DNA from: Anaerolineae bacterium
GTDB taxonomy: Bacteria > Chloroflexota > Anaerolineae > B4-G1 > DUEL01
Direction: 5' to 3'
DNA length: 64,000 nt
Assembly (NCBI GenBank): GCA_025060135.1
Contig: JANXCY010000002.1
Location: 42,623 to 106,622, forward strand
Within the stretch, counting starts at the first letter, position 1. Each line of letters begins with the position of its first letter. Made by a program: the position numbers and the translations under genes. Shown in pieces: positions 17,502 through 27,840 of the stretch. Under the pieces are notes generated by a model, which had not been told where the DNA came from, searched no databases, and was given only the letters and a program-made list of their open reading frames with translations.

Positions 17502-17702
17502 TGTATTCGGGGATGGAGAGGCGGATGGGCATCTCCAGAAAATCCGCGCCGTCCGTGTGCCGATTTCAGGATAGAACGCGAAGGGACATGACAGGTCTAC
17601 CGACAGGCACGGATAGGGGTAGATTTTTCGGAAACGCCATGGAATGCCGTGTCTTCCCCGTCCGATTTCCGCTGCGGTTTATGAACCGGGGGCCGGCCAG
17701 TG

Positions 17703-20489
17703 CTACCTTTTCCGGAGGAGTACCACCAGCAGGGGAACTGCCGCTCCGGCTGCGGTTAGAAGGAGGGCTCCCCATTCGCCGAAGGGCCGGAGTTCTCCAC
17801 TGCTCACCACTCCCAGGAACAGCAGGTAGCCTATCAGCCCGCCACAGAACACCCAGAGGCTTCCCCTCAGGGCGCGAGACAGGGCCTGCCCGCGCTTCCA
17901 GAGGCGAGCATAGCCGATAAGGGCCCCGGTCAGCGCCATCAGCACTCCTTGGGTGAGGTCCGAACCGCGCGCCCGGTCCGGGGGGGGCGCTGGGCCCTCT
18001 GGCGGCGGAGTCGGCTCCACCACCGGCGTAGGAGAGGGAACCGGACTGGGCGTGGGCGGCGGTTCCGGGCTGGGCGTTGGCGTGATGGAGATGATCACCG
18101 CTGGTTCCCCCGGTCGGATTTCCATTTCCAGCCGCACCGCGCGCGGAACCGGCTCGGCGCGCACGGAAATCTGCAGTTGTCCTGCCCGATCCAGCGTTAC
18201 CATCGTCTCCGCCACTCCGCCCCGCGTGGTGGCCTGCACGGTCCGCTCCAGTCCCTCCTGAGGATAGGTGAAGATAAATTCCACCAGGGTCCCGTCCGGT
18301 ACCGGATTGCCGTTCCGGTCCACAATCACGCCGGTACGCAGGCGAAGGGTGTCTCCTTGATAAATCATTGGAGGTTGAGGTGTTTCCTCACCCGTCTCCT
18401 CTCCGATGAGGACAGGGATGACCTGGCCCGGGTCCGGCTGGGTCTGCAGGAGAAGGTTATAGTTGATCCCGGGAACAGAGACAGGGGGCTTGCCGGTGAA
18501 CGGGAATTCGGCAAAGAGGGCACGGATGGCCGCCTCCACAAAGGGCGGCGACGGGCTGTAGATACCGAAGTAAGCGGATAATTTGGCGATTTCGGTGGTA
18601 TCCAGATAATACGGCGCGCCCAAGGCAAAGACGACCACCTTCTTGCCCCGCAGGGTATCGGCCCGTTCGGCGAGAAAACGGCGTACAGCGCCGGAAGGAG
18701 ACGCTCGGTCGCCAGCGTCTAATATGGCGAAGACGACCCAGTTGGCCCGTTCCAGTGCAACGGCGATCGGATGCGGGGCGGGGGTGGATTCCAGCGCGGC
18801 AGTGATCGGGGATTGGTTGAGCAGGTCCAGCAATTCGCTGAACGTGAAACTCTGAACCTGCCGAGGGGAGATCTGTTCCGTAGCCTGTGGGCCGTAGAGA
18901 TGGATCATCGTTTCGGCCAGCGCGTCGGGCGAAAGAACAGGCACCGGTGCACATTCGGAACAGGGCACTATCGGCTGGTCATCGGTGAACACGACGATCT
19001 GCTCCTCTGCTACCGGAGGATCGGGAAGCAGGTCCGGTGAAGGGGGAGAGAGAAGGGTAACTGCCACTCGGGCGATGGACGCTACGGTTTCCCTGGAACG
19101 GCCAACTTGGCCAGCCGCCACCTCGGGGGTGCGGTGGGTAGCGCTAAGGGTAAATCGGGAGCCGTAGAGCCGCAGTTTCAGCCGAAGAATCCGCAGTACG
19201 GCTTCATCCACCCGTGCCTGGAACGAGGGGTCGGAGGCGTACTTTTCCCGAAAGAAGGATAGCGTTGCTTTCACGTTGGCGATATGGGATTCCCAATCGC
19301 TCCCAGCGGTGAAGTGGGACAGGATCAGGAGGTCGTTGCCGGCCAGGAAGGCCTCCTGGGCTACCCGCAGGGGGTTGAATTTCTGCTCCGAGGGGTCGTA
19401 AAAGCGGCGAATGGCGCGCACTCCCAGTTCGTCGGCCACGACTACCCCGCCAGCCTCTCGCCAGGGCGCTACTTCCGGCAAGGCCAGGAGGGATTGCAGC
19501 GCTTGAGGATCAAAGGTAACCGGTTTGGTGGAAGCGTAGAGGTTGCCCAGAAATCCCCGGTACCGAATCGGCGCGACCAGGAGGCCATCCGGACGTTCCA
19601 GCGCTTCGCCGCTCCCGGTAACGCTCAGAAAGGGAGCCAGTTCAATCTGTTTGAGTTGTTCCAGAGACTTCTGGACGGTGGAGACTTCCTCAGAGAGGGG
19701 TCGGTCGGCAGCCCCCAGGCCCGGGAAGTGCCCCGGGACTACGGCCACCCGGCCATTGCTGCCGGTATGGACCCCCCGGATGTAGGCCCGTCCCATCTGC
19801 CCGACCCAGAAGGGGTCGCCTCCGAAGCATGCCGTGCCCAGATCGGCCGCGCTGCCCGGCCGGGGCATATCCAGAACATCCAGCATTGGGCCCAGCAGGA
19901 GGTTCACTCCCAGTGCATCCAGTTCGGCTCCCACGATTTGCCCCACCGCCTCGGCGTTGGCCGGGTTCCATGTCGCGCCGATAGCCATCGGTGATGGCAG
20001 CGGGGTGGTGCCGCTGATAGGAAGCATAGGAGCACCCGTCCGTTCCCCCTGGCGGATAGCAATAAAGAGGGGCACATACGGGCTGAGGATCGTCCCCTCC
20101 CCAGAGGCGGGGATAGGTGTCTGGGCCGCGTCCCATGCCAGCCGCTGTAACTGACCCGTCAACGTCGCAACCTGGGCAGGAGTATTGCCTTCGTTCACAA
20201 TGTTGCCGTTTTGGGGACTCAGCATGACCCCGCCGATGCGCTCGTTCACAATCAGGTCGTAGATGGCAGAGGTCTCCGTGGTATCGGTCCCAGGAAATGT
20301 AACAACGAAGAGCTGTCCCACGCGCGCCGCAGGCGGCATGCGGGAAAGCAGGTTCACCGCCGGGTCAGTCGGCTGCTGGGCTGCAACCGGCGTCAGGCTC
20401 CCGATCAGCAGTATGCCCAAGAAAACTCCCGTGAGCAATCGTCTCATGATCCGTGACCCGTGGGAGATTTGCGGGAGGAATTGTAACAC
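17703..20489 (-). CDS. family-3 glycoside hydrolase (beta-N-acetylhexosaminidase/NagZ-like) with PT-rich linker and C-terminal membrane anchor
   Basis: Signal peptide, GH3 N-domain motifs (GGVMLSPQNG, GHFPGLG), C-terminal TPTPSPEPPPTPSPVPSPTP linker and a C-terminal TM segment. Likely start MRRLLTG at 20447. Confidence 0.75.
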   Translation of the reverse strand: MLQFLPQISHGSRIMRRLLTGVFLGILLIGSLTPVAAQQPTDPAVNLLSRMPPAARVGQLFVVTFPGTDTTETSAIYDLIVNERIGGVMLSPQNGNIVNEGNTPAQVATLTGQLQRLAWDAAQTPIPASGEGTILSPYVPLFIAIRQGERTGAPMLPISGTTPLPSPMAIGATWNPANAEAVGQIVGAELDALGVNLLLGPMLDVLDMPRPGSAADLGTACFGGDPFWVGQMGRAYIRGVHTGSNGRVAVVPGHFPGLGAADRPLSEEVSTVQKSLEQLKQIELAPFLSVTGSGEALERPDGLLVAPIRYRGFLGNLYASTKPVTFDPQALQSLLALPEVAPWREAGGVVVADELGVRAIRRFYDPSEQKFNPLRVAQEAFLAGNDLLILSHFTAGSDWESHIANVKATLSFFREKYASDPSFQARVDEAVLRILRLKLRLYGSRFTLSATHRTPEVAAGQVGRSRETVASIARVAVTLLSPPSPDLLPDPPVAEEQIVVFTDDQPIVPCSECAPVPVLSPDALAETMIHLYGPQATEQISPRQVQSFTFSELLDLLNQSPITAALESTPAPHPIAVALERANWVVFAILDAGDRASPSGAVRRFLAERADTLRGKKVVVFALGAPYYLDTTEIAKLSAYFGIYSPSPPFVEAAIRALFAEFPFTGKPPVSVPGINYNLLLQTQPDPGQVIPVLIGEETGEETPQPPMIYQGDTLRLRTGVIVDRNGNPVPDGTLVEFIFTYPQEGLERTVQATTRGGVAETMVTLDRAGQLQISVRAEPVPRAVRLEMEIRPGEPAVIISITPTPSPEPPPTPSPVPSPTPVVEPTPPPEGPAPPPDRARGSDLTQGVLMALTGALIGYARLWKRGQALSRALRGSLWVFCGGLIGYLLFLGVVSSGELRPFGEWGALLLTAAGAAVPLLVVLLRKR

Positions 20490-20521
20490 GCCCCAGGGGA
20501 AAACACAAGCCCAGGGCAGGC

Positions 20522-20549
20522 TTGTATCTCTTCTTTAGCGCGGTATAAT
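20522..20549 (+). promoter_or_regulatory. sigma70-type promoter (TTGTAT-16-TATAAT) for scpB
   Basis: ttgtat ctcttctttagcgcgg tataat. Confidence 0.45.
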
Positions 20550-20701
20550 AGAATTCTCCAGTCAAGGATAAGCCTCATCCCAGGACTGATCCGCTTGCTC
20601 CGGAGCGCAGGCTGCCAAGCCTGGGGAACTGCCTGTGTGCTACGCCCCCAAAGAGGTAAGGGCGTAACTTCTGAAGGGTTGCCCCGCAGGGACGATGAGG
20701 G

Positions 20702-21217
20702 ATGGCCGAGGAACGAAGGTTGTCCGGGTTGGTAGAGGCTCTCCTGTTCGTGGCCGACGAGCCGGTCTCCGTAGACCGGTTAGCTCGGGCACTGGAAACG
20801 CCTCTGGTGGAAGTGGAGGCGGCGCTGGAAGAACTGGAAAGGGCCCTTCAAGAACGCGGCCTGCGTCTCCAGCGGATGGGAGAGCGGGTGCAATTGGTAA
20901 CGGCTCCCGAGGCGGCTCCCTGGGTGGAGCGCTTCCTGGGATTAGGGGAGCGGCGGCGCCTCTCCCAGGCCGCTCTGGAGACCCTGGCCATCATTGCCTA
21001 CCGACAACCGGTCTCCCGTCCGGAAATAGAGGCCATTCGGGGGGTCAATTGCGATAGTGTCCTCCGAACTCTCCTGGCTGCGGGTCTAATTGAAGAAGCG
21101 GGACGGGCACCGGCACCCGGACGGCCCATTCTCTACGTAACCACCTTCGCCTTTCTGCAGCATTTCGGCCTGACGCGCCCGGAAGACCTGCCGCCGCTGG
21201 AACTGGAATCCCAGTAA
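20702..21217 (+). CDS. scpB: segregation and condensation protein B
   Basis: ScpB winged-helix repeats (LVEALLFVADEPVSVDRLA, TLAIIAYRQPVSRPEIEAIRGV). Confidence 0.85.
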   Translation: MAEERRLSGLVEALLFVADEPVSVDRLARALETPLVEVEAALEELERALQERGLRLQRMGERVQLVTAPEAAPWVERFLGLGERRRLSQAALETLAIIAYRQPVSRPEIEAIRGVNCDSVLRTLLAAGLIEEAGRAPAPGRPILYVTTFAFLQHFGLTRPEDLPPLELESQ

Positions 21218-21227
21218 GCAAGGTTGC

Positions 21228-22586
21228 GTGGGAGTTCGCGGGAGCCTCGGGCTCTCACCGGAATGGGCGGCGATAACGAGCCCCCGCTTCCTTGAAGTGT
21301 CTTGTTGGATGGACCTCCATACCCTTAACGAGGGCCTGCTCTTCGCCATTCTGTGGGAAGAGCGGTTCCAGGAAATTCACCCGGAGCGGGTTATGGACCC
21401 GTTACTCTCGTTTCTGCTGGCCCTGGCCGTCATTATCTTCGCGGCCAAAGCCTCCGGCTATCTGAGTGTCCGCTTGGGACAGCCGGCGGTGCTGGGAGAG
21501 TTGCTCATTGGCCTTATCCTGGGCCCAACGGTCCTGGATATGCTCAGATGGCCAGTTTTCGCCGGTGGACATCTGGAGGAGGCTCTCCGTTACCTGGCCC
21601 ATCTGGGTGTGCTCTTCCTGATGTTTATCGCAGGCCTGGAGGTGGACATGGAGGCCATGCGGCGGGCGGGACGGCCTGCCTTGCTGGCAGGTATCCTGGG
21701 TGTCCTGTTTCCCATCCTTCTCGGGCTGGGCGTATCGCTCCTCTTTGGTTTCACTCCGCCGGAGGGGGTGCTGATTGGCCTGATGCTGGCTGCGACCAGC
21801 GTCAGCATTTCCGCACAGACGATGATGGAACTGGGTGTCCTGCGCAGCCGGGTGGGGGTGGCGCTTCTGGGCGCCGCCGTGGTGGACGACATCCTGGTCA
21901 TTCTGCTATTATCCGTCTCCATGGCCCTGATCGGTAAGGGCGGTGGCTTCTGGCACATCCTCTGGGTTCTGGTGCGAATGTTGCTCTTCCTGGTGCTGGC
22001 GGTCTGGGTGGCGGCGCGGCTGATCCCCCGCCTGCCAGTTCGGGTAGAGCGGCTCCCGATCAGTGAGGGGGTGATGGCTCTGGGGGTGATCACTCTGCTG
22101 TTTTTCGGCTGGGCAGCGGAAGTGTTAGGGGGCATCGCTGCCATTACCGGTGCCTTTCTGGCCGGCCTGGCTTTTGCTCGTTCGCCGCTCCACCAGCACG
22201 TGCGGGACCGGATGCATACCCTGGCCTATGCCTGGATTGTGCCTATTTTCTTTGTCCACATTGGCCTGGAAGCGAACGCGCGGGCGATCGGAATTGGCGG
22301 CATCGGCTGTGCTCTGGCGCTCATCGGAGCCGCCATGCTCTCCAAAGTGATTGGCTGTGGGCTCGGCGGCCTGGCAGGAGGCTTTTCCCCTACGGATGCC
22401 CTGCGCCTGGGCGTGGGGATGATGTCCCGGGGCGAGGTCGGCCTGATCGTAGCCGCCGTGGAACTGGAGCGGGGACTCATCACCCAGCAAATCTTTGCGG
22501 ATATGGTCATAGTGGTTCTGACCACGACCCTGGTAACGCCAGCCCTGTTGCGTCTGCTGTACCAGAAACCGGCCCGGCGGATATAG
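21228..22586 (+). CDS. cation:proton antiporter, CPA2 family (KefB/NapA-like)
   Basis: Na+/H+ exchanger-family TM domain (LGQPAVLGELLIGLILGP...). Start may be a later ATG (about 21308 or 21394). Confidence 0.8.
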   Translation: MGVRGSLGLSPEWAAITSPRFLEVSCWMDLHTLNEGLLFAILWEERFQEIHPERVMDPLLSFLLALAVIIFAAKASGYLSVRLGQPAVLGELLIGLILGPTVLDMLRWPVFAGGHLEEALRYLAHLGVLFLMFIAGLEVDMEAMRRAGRPALLAGILGVLFPILLGLGVSLLFGFTPPEGVLIGLMLAATSVSISAQTMMELGVLRSRVGVALLGAAVVDDILVILLLSVSMALIGKGGGFWHILWVLVRMLLFLVLAVWVAARLIPRLPVRVERLPISEGVMALGVITLLFFGWAAEVLGGIAAITGAFLAGLAFARSPLHQHVRDRMHTLAYAWIVPIFFVHIGLEANARAIGIGGIGCALALIGAAMLSKVIGCGLGGLAGGFSPTDALRLGVGMMSRGEVGLIVAAVELERGLITQQIFADMVIVVLTTTLVTPALLRLLYQKPARRI

Positions 22587-22674
22587 CGCGCGGGCCACCC
22601 GACTGGCAATGGAGCCAAAGAGGCGAGGCGGCCAGAGGCCATGTTTCCCCTGGCCCTTCGCTAGGAGGCGTGGT

Positions 22675-23025
22675 ATGGCCTATCTGGTGGTTCTGGTCCT
22701 GGATAATCCCGACCGGTGCCCGGATGTCCTGCGGGCGTGGGATGAAGCCGGGGTTCCCGGCGTTACCATCCTAGAGAGCACCGGCCTGGCGCGTATGCAG
22801 AAAGTCATTTGGGATGATCTGCCGCTCGTTCCGTCCGTTCGGGACCTGCTGGGCGCCCGGGAATTGCACCATCGTACCCTCTTCACCGTGGTCCCGGATG
22901 AGGAAGTGGTGGACCGGGTCGTTGACGCGACCCGGCGGGCCGTTGGCGACCTGGAGACTCATCATAAGGGCATCCTTTTCGTCGTTCCGGTAATTCGCGT
23001 CCTGGGTCTGAAGCCACGGCCCTGA
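22675..23025 (+). CDS. PII-like (GlnB-fold) small signalling protein adjacent to the antiporter
   Basis: About 116 aa, MAYLVVLVLDNPDRCPDVLRAWDEAGVPGVTILESTG... resembles PII-like/DUF190-type proteins. ATG at 22675 is preceded by GGAGG. Confidence 0.5.
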   Translation: MAYLVVLVLDNPDRCPDVLRAWDEAGVPGVTILESTGLARMQKVIWDDLPLVPSVRDLLGARELHHRTLFTVVPDEEVVDRVVDATRRAVGDLETHHKGILFVVPVIRVLGLKPRP

Positions 23026-23041
23026 GGTTCGAACGTAAGTT

Positions 23042-23073
23042 GGGGAGGGTGTAGGAAAGGTTTCCTCACCCCC
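23042..23073 (+). terminator. GC-rich hairpin after the PII-like gene (candidate intrinsic terminator, no U-tract)
   Basis: gggagggtgtaggaaa gg tttcctcacccc. Confidence 0.3.
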
Positions 23074-23673
23074 GTCTCCGCCGACTTCGACGGTGCCCTC
23101 AATGTTGGCCGTTTTGCCTGCAACGCTTCTGTATAGTCTGTGGTCGTTCCCGCAGCGAAATCACAAGAGGTTGTATCCAACGGATCATTCCCTCCGCCCC
23201 CATCTCCCCCTCCCGAATCCCCAGCGCGGTAAAGACGACGGGTTGCGGGTGATGGGAAAGGTCCACCTGATGGGGTAGACCGCCTTCTATATGACCTGCA
23301 GGACAAACCCCGATACCGGCGCGCCTGCCACTCCCAGTTCGGTCAACCGGACGATAGGGACTCCGTTCTCCAGAATGCATAGTCGCCCGGTCATTATGGA
23401 GACCTCTCCTGGAGGGCCTCCTGGGTCTCTCCGGCTGTGGGCGGGGGGAGGGAGACCCAGCGCGACCTCCAGTTCCCGCGCGCCGGACGCAGGAGGGCCC
23501 GCAACCGCTCCCGCACCGCTGATGGTCGTTCGGACCCTTCTCCCAACCCCGCCAGCAGGTAGCGGATGTGGGCCGGTTTCTCATGGTCTCTGTTGGGCCG
23601 GCGAACCCGCAGCCGGGGCACGGTGCCGTCGGTTTGCCGTTTTGTGGTATAATCTACCCCTGCGAGGCATCGG

Positions 23674-24198
23674 ATGCTGGTCTTTGATCTGGAAACACAA
23701 CACACGTTGGATGAGGTCGGCGGACGAGTCCACATCCGTCGTCTGCGGATGTCCGTAGGCGTTACCTACGACCCGGAGCGAGGCCTGTATCAGGCCTATA
23801 CCGAGGAGCAGGCGGGGGACCTGATTGCCGCGTTGCAGGCCGCCGACCGGGTCGTGGGCTATAACCTCTACGGCTTTGACTACGAAGTCCTCCAGGCCTA
23901 CGCCCGAGAACGGCTCACCTTTCCGCCAACGGTGGACATGCTGGTCGATCTGGAACGCACCCTGGGCTGGCGGCCCAAACTGGACGACGTGGTCGCAGCG
24001 ACACTGGGGGAGCGGAAAAGTGGAGACGGCCTGGACGCCGTCCGCTGGTTCCGGCAGGGCCGCCTGGACCTGGTAACCGAATACTGTCGCCGGGATGTGG
24101 AGGTAACCTGGAAACTCTACGACTTTGGCCGTCGCCACCGTTACGTCCAGGTGTTGGACCGCCGGTATAGCCTGCTCAAAGTGCCGGTAACATGGTAA
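23674..24198 (+). CDS. DEDD-type 3'-5' exonuclease (RNase H-like superfamily)
   Basis: FDLET...YNLYGFDYEVL pattern of predicted exonucleases. Extended -10 (tgtggtataat) about 20 nt upstream. Confidence 0.65.
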   Translation: MLVFDLETQHTLDEVGGRVHIRRLRMSVGVTYDPERGLYQAYTEEQAGDLIAALQAADRVVGYNLYGFDYEVLQAYARERLTFPPTVDMLVDLERTLGWRPKLDDVVAATLGERKSGDGLDAVRWFRQGRLDLVTEYCRRDVEVTWKLYDFGRRHRYVQVLDRRYSLLKVPVTW

Positions 24199-24241
24199 GG
24201 AGTCGGTCCGAAAGGGGTAGACAGGAGATAGTCGGTCAGGT

Positions 24242-25180
24242 ATGAAGGAATCATCTTTTGAACCGGTCTATCGGGCTTTGCTTTCTACCGGTGAACTGCG
24301 CCGACGGGTACAGATGGCCTACGACCGTCTCCATGCCTGCGACTTTTGTGGCCGCCGGTGCCGGGTGGACCGGTATCGGGAGGTCGGCGCGTGCCGTACC
24401 GGGGTGCGGGCCCTGGTCTCCAGTTACGGTCCCCACTTCGGGGAGGAGGATCCGCTGCGGGGATACCGGGGTTCCGGCACGATCTTCTTTGCCTGGTGTA
24501 ACCTGAATTGCCAGTACTGCCAGAACTACGACATCAGCCAGTTCGGGTATGGACGGGAAGTGGAGCCGGAGGACATCGCCGCGATGATGTTGGCCCTTCA
24601 GGCTCAGGGCTGCCACAACATCAACTTCGTCTCGCCGACCCACGTCCTGGCACCGATCCTAGCCGCAGTCCTGGCCGCGGCCGAGGCCGGTCTGCGCCTG
24701 CCCTTGGTCTGGAACACCGGTGGTTACGACTCGCCCGAGGCACTGGCTCTGCTGGATGGCATCGTGGATATCTATATGCCCGATATGAAGTACGCCGATG
24801 CCGAGATCGCCTACCGCTACTCCCGGGTACGGGATTACCCGGCGGTGAACCGGGCGGCGGTCAAAGAGATGCACCGGCAGGTCGGCGACCTGGTGCTGGA
24901 CGAGCGGGGGATTGCCCGGCGCGGCCTCCTGGTCCGCCACTTGGTCCTGCCCGGCGGCCTGGCGGGGACGGCCGAAATCGCCCGGTTCCTGGCCGAGGAG
25001 GTCTCCCGGGATACCTACATCAACATTATGGACCAGTATCGCCCCTGCTACCGGGCCCATGAGTACCCGCCGCTGGACCGGCCCATCACCCGCCGGGAGT
25101 ACGAGGCAGCGGTGGACGCCGCCCGCCAGGCGGGACTCCATCGCTTTGACCGCCGCGTGCCCCGCCTGCTGTTGGTTTAA
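24242..25180 (+). CDS. radical SAM protein, pyruvate-formate-lyase-activating-enzyme-like (PflX type)
   Basis: [10 protein letters not shown] radical-SAM cluster motif and PflX-like architecture. Confidence 0.8.
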   Translation: MKESSFEPVYRALLSTGELRRRVQMAYDRLHACDFCGRRCRVDRYREVGACRTGVRALVSSYGPHFGEEDPLRGYRGSGTIFFAWCNLNCQYCQNYDISQFGYGREVEPEDIAAMMLALQAQGCHNINFVSPTHVLAPILAAVLAAAEAGLRLPLVWNTGGYDSPEALALLDGIVDIYMPDMKYADAEIAYRYSRVRDYPAVNRAAVKEMHRQVGDLVLDERGIARRGLLVRHLVLPGGLAGTAEIARFLAEEVSRDTYINIMDQYRPCYRAHEYPPLDRPITRREYEAAVDAARQAGLHRFDRRVPRLLLV

Positions 25181-25283
25181 TCACCGCCAAGACACAAAGG
25201 CACGAAGTTTTATCTGTTTTTCGTACATTCGTACCGCTGGTGGCTTTATGCCTTCTTCAGCGTCTGAGCTTCAGGAGCCAGAA

Positions 25284-25583
25284 ATGAGAGAACCGAAACC
25301 GACAGACACGGCCCGGCTTCACGCGGTGGTGTCGGGCATTGTCCAGGGAGTGAACTTCCGCTATTACACCGTCCGGCGGGCCCGGGCCCTGGGCCTGACG
25401 GGCTGGGTGGCCAATCGCCCGGATGGGACGGTAGAGACTGTTGCCGAGGGCCCCCGGGCGGCCCTGCGGGAGTTTCTGAACTTTCTCCACGAGGGGCCGC
25501 CCGCTGCTCACGTTACCCACGTTGCCGTTCAGTGGGAAGAGCCGCGAGGCGAATTTGCTGACTTCCGGATTATCTACCTATGA
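25284..25583 (+). CDS. acyP: acylphosphatase
   Basis: [14 protein letters not shown]...[12 protein letters not shown] acylphosphatase signatures. Start at ATG 25284 inside the longer tracked ORF. Confidence 0.85.
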   Translation: MREPKPTDTARLHAVVSGIVQGVNFRYYTVRRARALGLTGWVANRPDGTVETVAEGPRAALREFLNFLHEGPPAAHVTHVAVQWEEPRGEFADFRIIYL

Positions 25584-26815
25584 CCCAGAACCGGGAACGG
25601 CTGGCCTGGATCATTCTGCTGGTCTCCTTTACCCTCTGTGTGGGTCTGGCGGTGGGCGTGCCGCTGGGTGTCCGGCAGTTCCTGCGGATGGCCACCCGCG
25701 CACAGCCCATCCTGCTGCAGCCCTTGCATGGAACACCGGGCCTGCAGCGCGGTGGACACGGCGAATTCATCGCCCTTCAGAGTCCCACTTGGGACGTCCC
25801 GGCGGGCAGTTTCCTGGTTACCGACAGCGCGGCCCAGGCCCTCCTGACCTTCCACGCGCCCGCCTCTGGGTCCGAAGTCGTGGCGACGGTCCAGGTCTAC
25901 GGCGACACCCGGCTGCGCTTCCAATCCGCCCGTTCCCCGCGATTTGGCCTCAGCTCGCTCCCCCACCACGTCGGCCTGCGAGTGGAATCCGGGCGGGTGC
26001 GGATCACTGTCTCCCCGGCGGGTGGACGGAGAACGGTGGCCAAACTCCATACCCCCCATCTCACTGCGGAACTGACGGCGGGCAGTTATGAGGCGCGCGT
26101 TTACGGTCCCTTCACCGAATTCATCGTCCGCGAGGGGGATGCAAAGGTAGTCTCCGCTGGAGGGTCCGTCGTCTCCCTCAACGACAACCAGCGCACCATC
26201 GCCCAGGCCGGCCCGGCACCGCTGGAAGCGCTCCCTACCGCACGCAACCTGCTGATCAACGGCGACTTTCGCCAGCCGCTGGAAGTGGGCTGGGAGACCT
26301 ATACCGTAGAAGTCAGTACCATTCAGCCTCCCGCTTATCCGATCACCGTCCCGGCCACTGTTCAGACCACCACCTTTGCGGGACGTCCGGCGGCCCGTTT
26401 CTTCCGGGAAGGCATCGGCCACGCCGAAGTGGGCATCCGGCAGACGCTGAACCAGAACGTGCAAGACCTCGCCTCTCTGATCCTCCACCTCAACGTGATG
26501 GTGCAGAGCCAGAGCCTGCCCGGCTGCGGCTCACGCGGCTCCGAATGTCCCATCATCGTCCGGATCGACTATCAGGACGTTTTTGGGGGAGACCAGACCT
26601 GGTACCATGGCTTCTTCTCTTCCCCCCGGGCAGAAACGGACCCTTTGTACTGGTGGAGTGATCAGATTCCTTTTCAAACCTGGGTCTCTTATGACTCCGA
26701 AAACCTCATGCAGAGCGGCGCACCTCCGGCTGTCATCAAGTCGGTTACCATCTACGCCTCCGGCCACTCCTTTGACGCGCTGGTTACTGAGGTAGAGTTG
26801 CTGGCGCAGGAGTAA
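25580..26815 (+). CDS. hypothetical membrane-anchored protein
   Basis: N-terminal TM helix, no recognisable domain. Overlaps acyP by 4 nt and abuts the decarboxylase gene. Confidence 0.5.
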   Translation: MTQNRERLAWIILLVSFTLCVGLAVGVPLGVRQFLRMATRAQPILLQPLHGTPGLQRGGHGEFIALQSPTWDVPAGSFLVTDSAAQALLTFHAPASGSEVVATVQVYGDTRLRFQSARSPRFGLSSLPHHVGLRVESGRVRITVSPAGGRRTVAKLHTPHLTAELTAGSYEARVYGPFTEFIVREGDAKVVSAGGSVVSLNDNQRTIAQAGPAPLEALPTARNLLINGDFRQPLEVGWETYTVEVSTIQPPAYPITVPATVQTTTFAGRPAARFFREGIGHAEVGIRQTLNQNVQDLASLILHLNVMVQSQSLPGCGSRGSECPIIVRIDYQDVFGGDQTWYHGFFSSPRAETDPLYWWSDQIPFQTWVSYDSENLMQSGAPPAVIKSVTIYASGHSFDALVTEVELLAQE

Positions 26816-27837
26816 TGGAAGCCATCCGCGTCTATCCGGATTCCTCCATGTCCGAACTCCGGGCCACCGCTGAGGCTGGCGCCAATATCGCGCTGACCAA
26901 GTACTGGGGCAACGCCGACCCTGACCTGCGCATCCCGGCCAACGATTCGGTCTCCATCACCCTGGACTGCACCCGCACGGTTACCACCGTTGCCTTTCAG
27001 CCCGACCGGCCAGAGGATGAGATCACGGTGGACGGCCGGCTACTGACCGGCCCGGCCCGGGAGCGGGTATCCCACCATTTGGACCTTCTCCGGGAACGGG
27101 CAGGCGTCCCCTGGCGCGCGCGGGTCGTCTCCCGGAACAACTTTCCGGCCGGCGCGGGGATTGCGGCTTCCGCTTCCGGCTTCGCCGCGCTCACCCTGGC
27201 CGGCGCGGCCGCCCTGGGCCTGGATCTGTCCCCCCGCGATCTGAGCGTTCTCGCCCGACGGGGCTCCGGCTCCGCTGCCCGCTCCATCTTCGGGGGATTC
27301 GTCCTCCTGCACACTGGTGCCCGGGACGAGGACGCCTTCGCCGAACCCCTCTACGGTCCCGACTGGTGGGACGTCCGGGACCTGATCGTCGTCGTCTCCC
27401 GGGCCGAGAAGGCGGTCCCTTCCAGCGAGGGGCACCTTTTGGCGCCGACCAGTGCCCTCCACCGGGCCCGGGTGGCCCGGGTGGCCGAACTGAACCGGCA
27501 GTTACTGGATGCCCTGGCCCGCCGGGATTTTGCCGCGCTGGGCCATGCCGCCGAGGAGGACGCACTCCTGATGCACGCTGTGATGATGACTTCCCGTCCG
27601 TCCCTTATCTACTGGCTCCCGGAGACGGTGGCCCTCATCCGCCGGGTACAGGCCCTCCGGGCAGAGGGCATCCCCGCCTACTTCACCATAGACGCCGGGC
27701 CCAACGTTCACGTCCTGACCCTCCCGGCCTACGCCGACCACCTCCAGGCCGACCTGCGGGCCCTGCCCGGCGTCCAGGCCGTTATCTCCTGCCGTCCCGG
27801 CCCGGGAGCCTCCGTCATCCCGCATCCTGGAGAGTAG
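26815..27837 (+). CDS. mvaD: diphosphomevalonate decarboxylase (GHMP kinase family)
   Basis: IALTKYWGN, NFPAGAGIAASASGFAAL GHMP/MVD motifs. Confidence 0.85.
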   Translation: MEAIRVYPDSSMSELRATAEAGANIALTKYWGNADPDLRIPANDSVSITLDCTRTVTTVAFQPDRPEDEITVDGRLLTGPARERVSHHLDLLRERAGVPWRARVVSRNNFPAGAGIAASASGFAALTLAGAAALGLDLSPRDLSVLARRGSGSAARSIFGGFVLLHTGARDEDAFAEPLYGPDWWDVRDLIVVVSRAEKAVPSSEGHLLAPTSALHRARVARVAELNRQLLDALARRDFAALGHAAEEDALLMHAVMMTSRPSLIYWLPETVALIRRVQALRAEGIPAYFTIDAGPNVHVLTLPAYADHLQADLRALPGVQAVISCRPGPGASVIPHPGE

Positions 27838-27840
27838 CCG

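Noticed and set aside
17414-17920. 168-aa + strand ORF spanning the 36-bp repeats and running into the GH3 gene
   Set aside because: Contains the direct repeats in frame, overlaps the well-supported GH3 C-terminus on the other strand, and has a low-complexity translation.
23099-23584. 161-aa minus-strand ORF in the 650-bp gap between the PII-like gene and the exonuclease gene
   Set aside because: Arg/Pro/Gly-rich, no recognisable domain, no RBS. Region left unannotated apart from the terminator-like hairpin.
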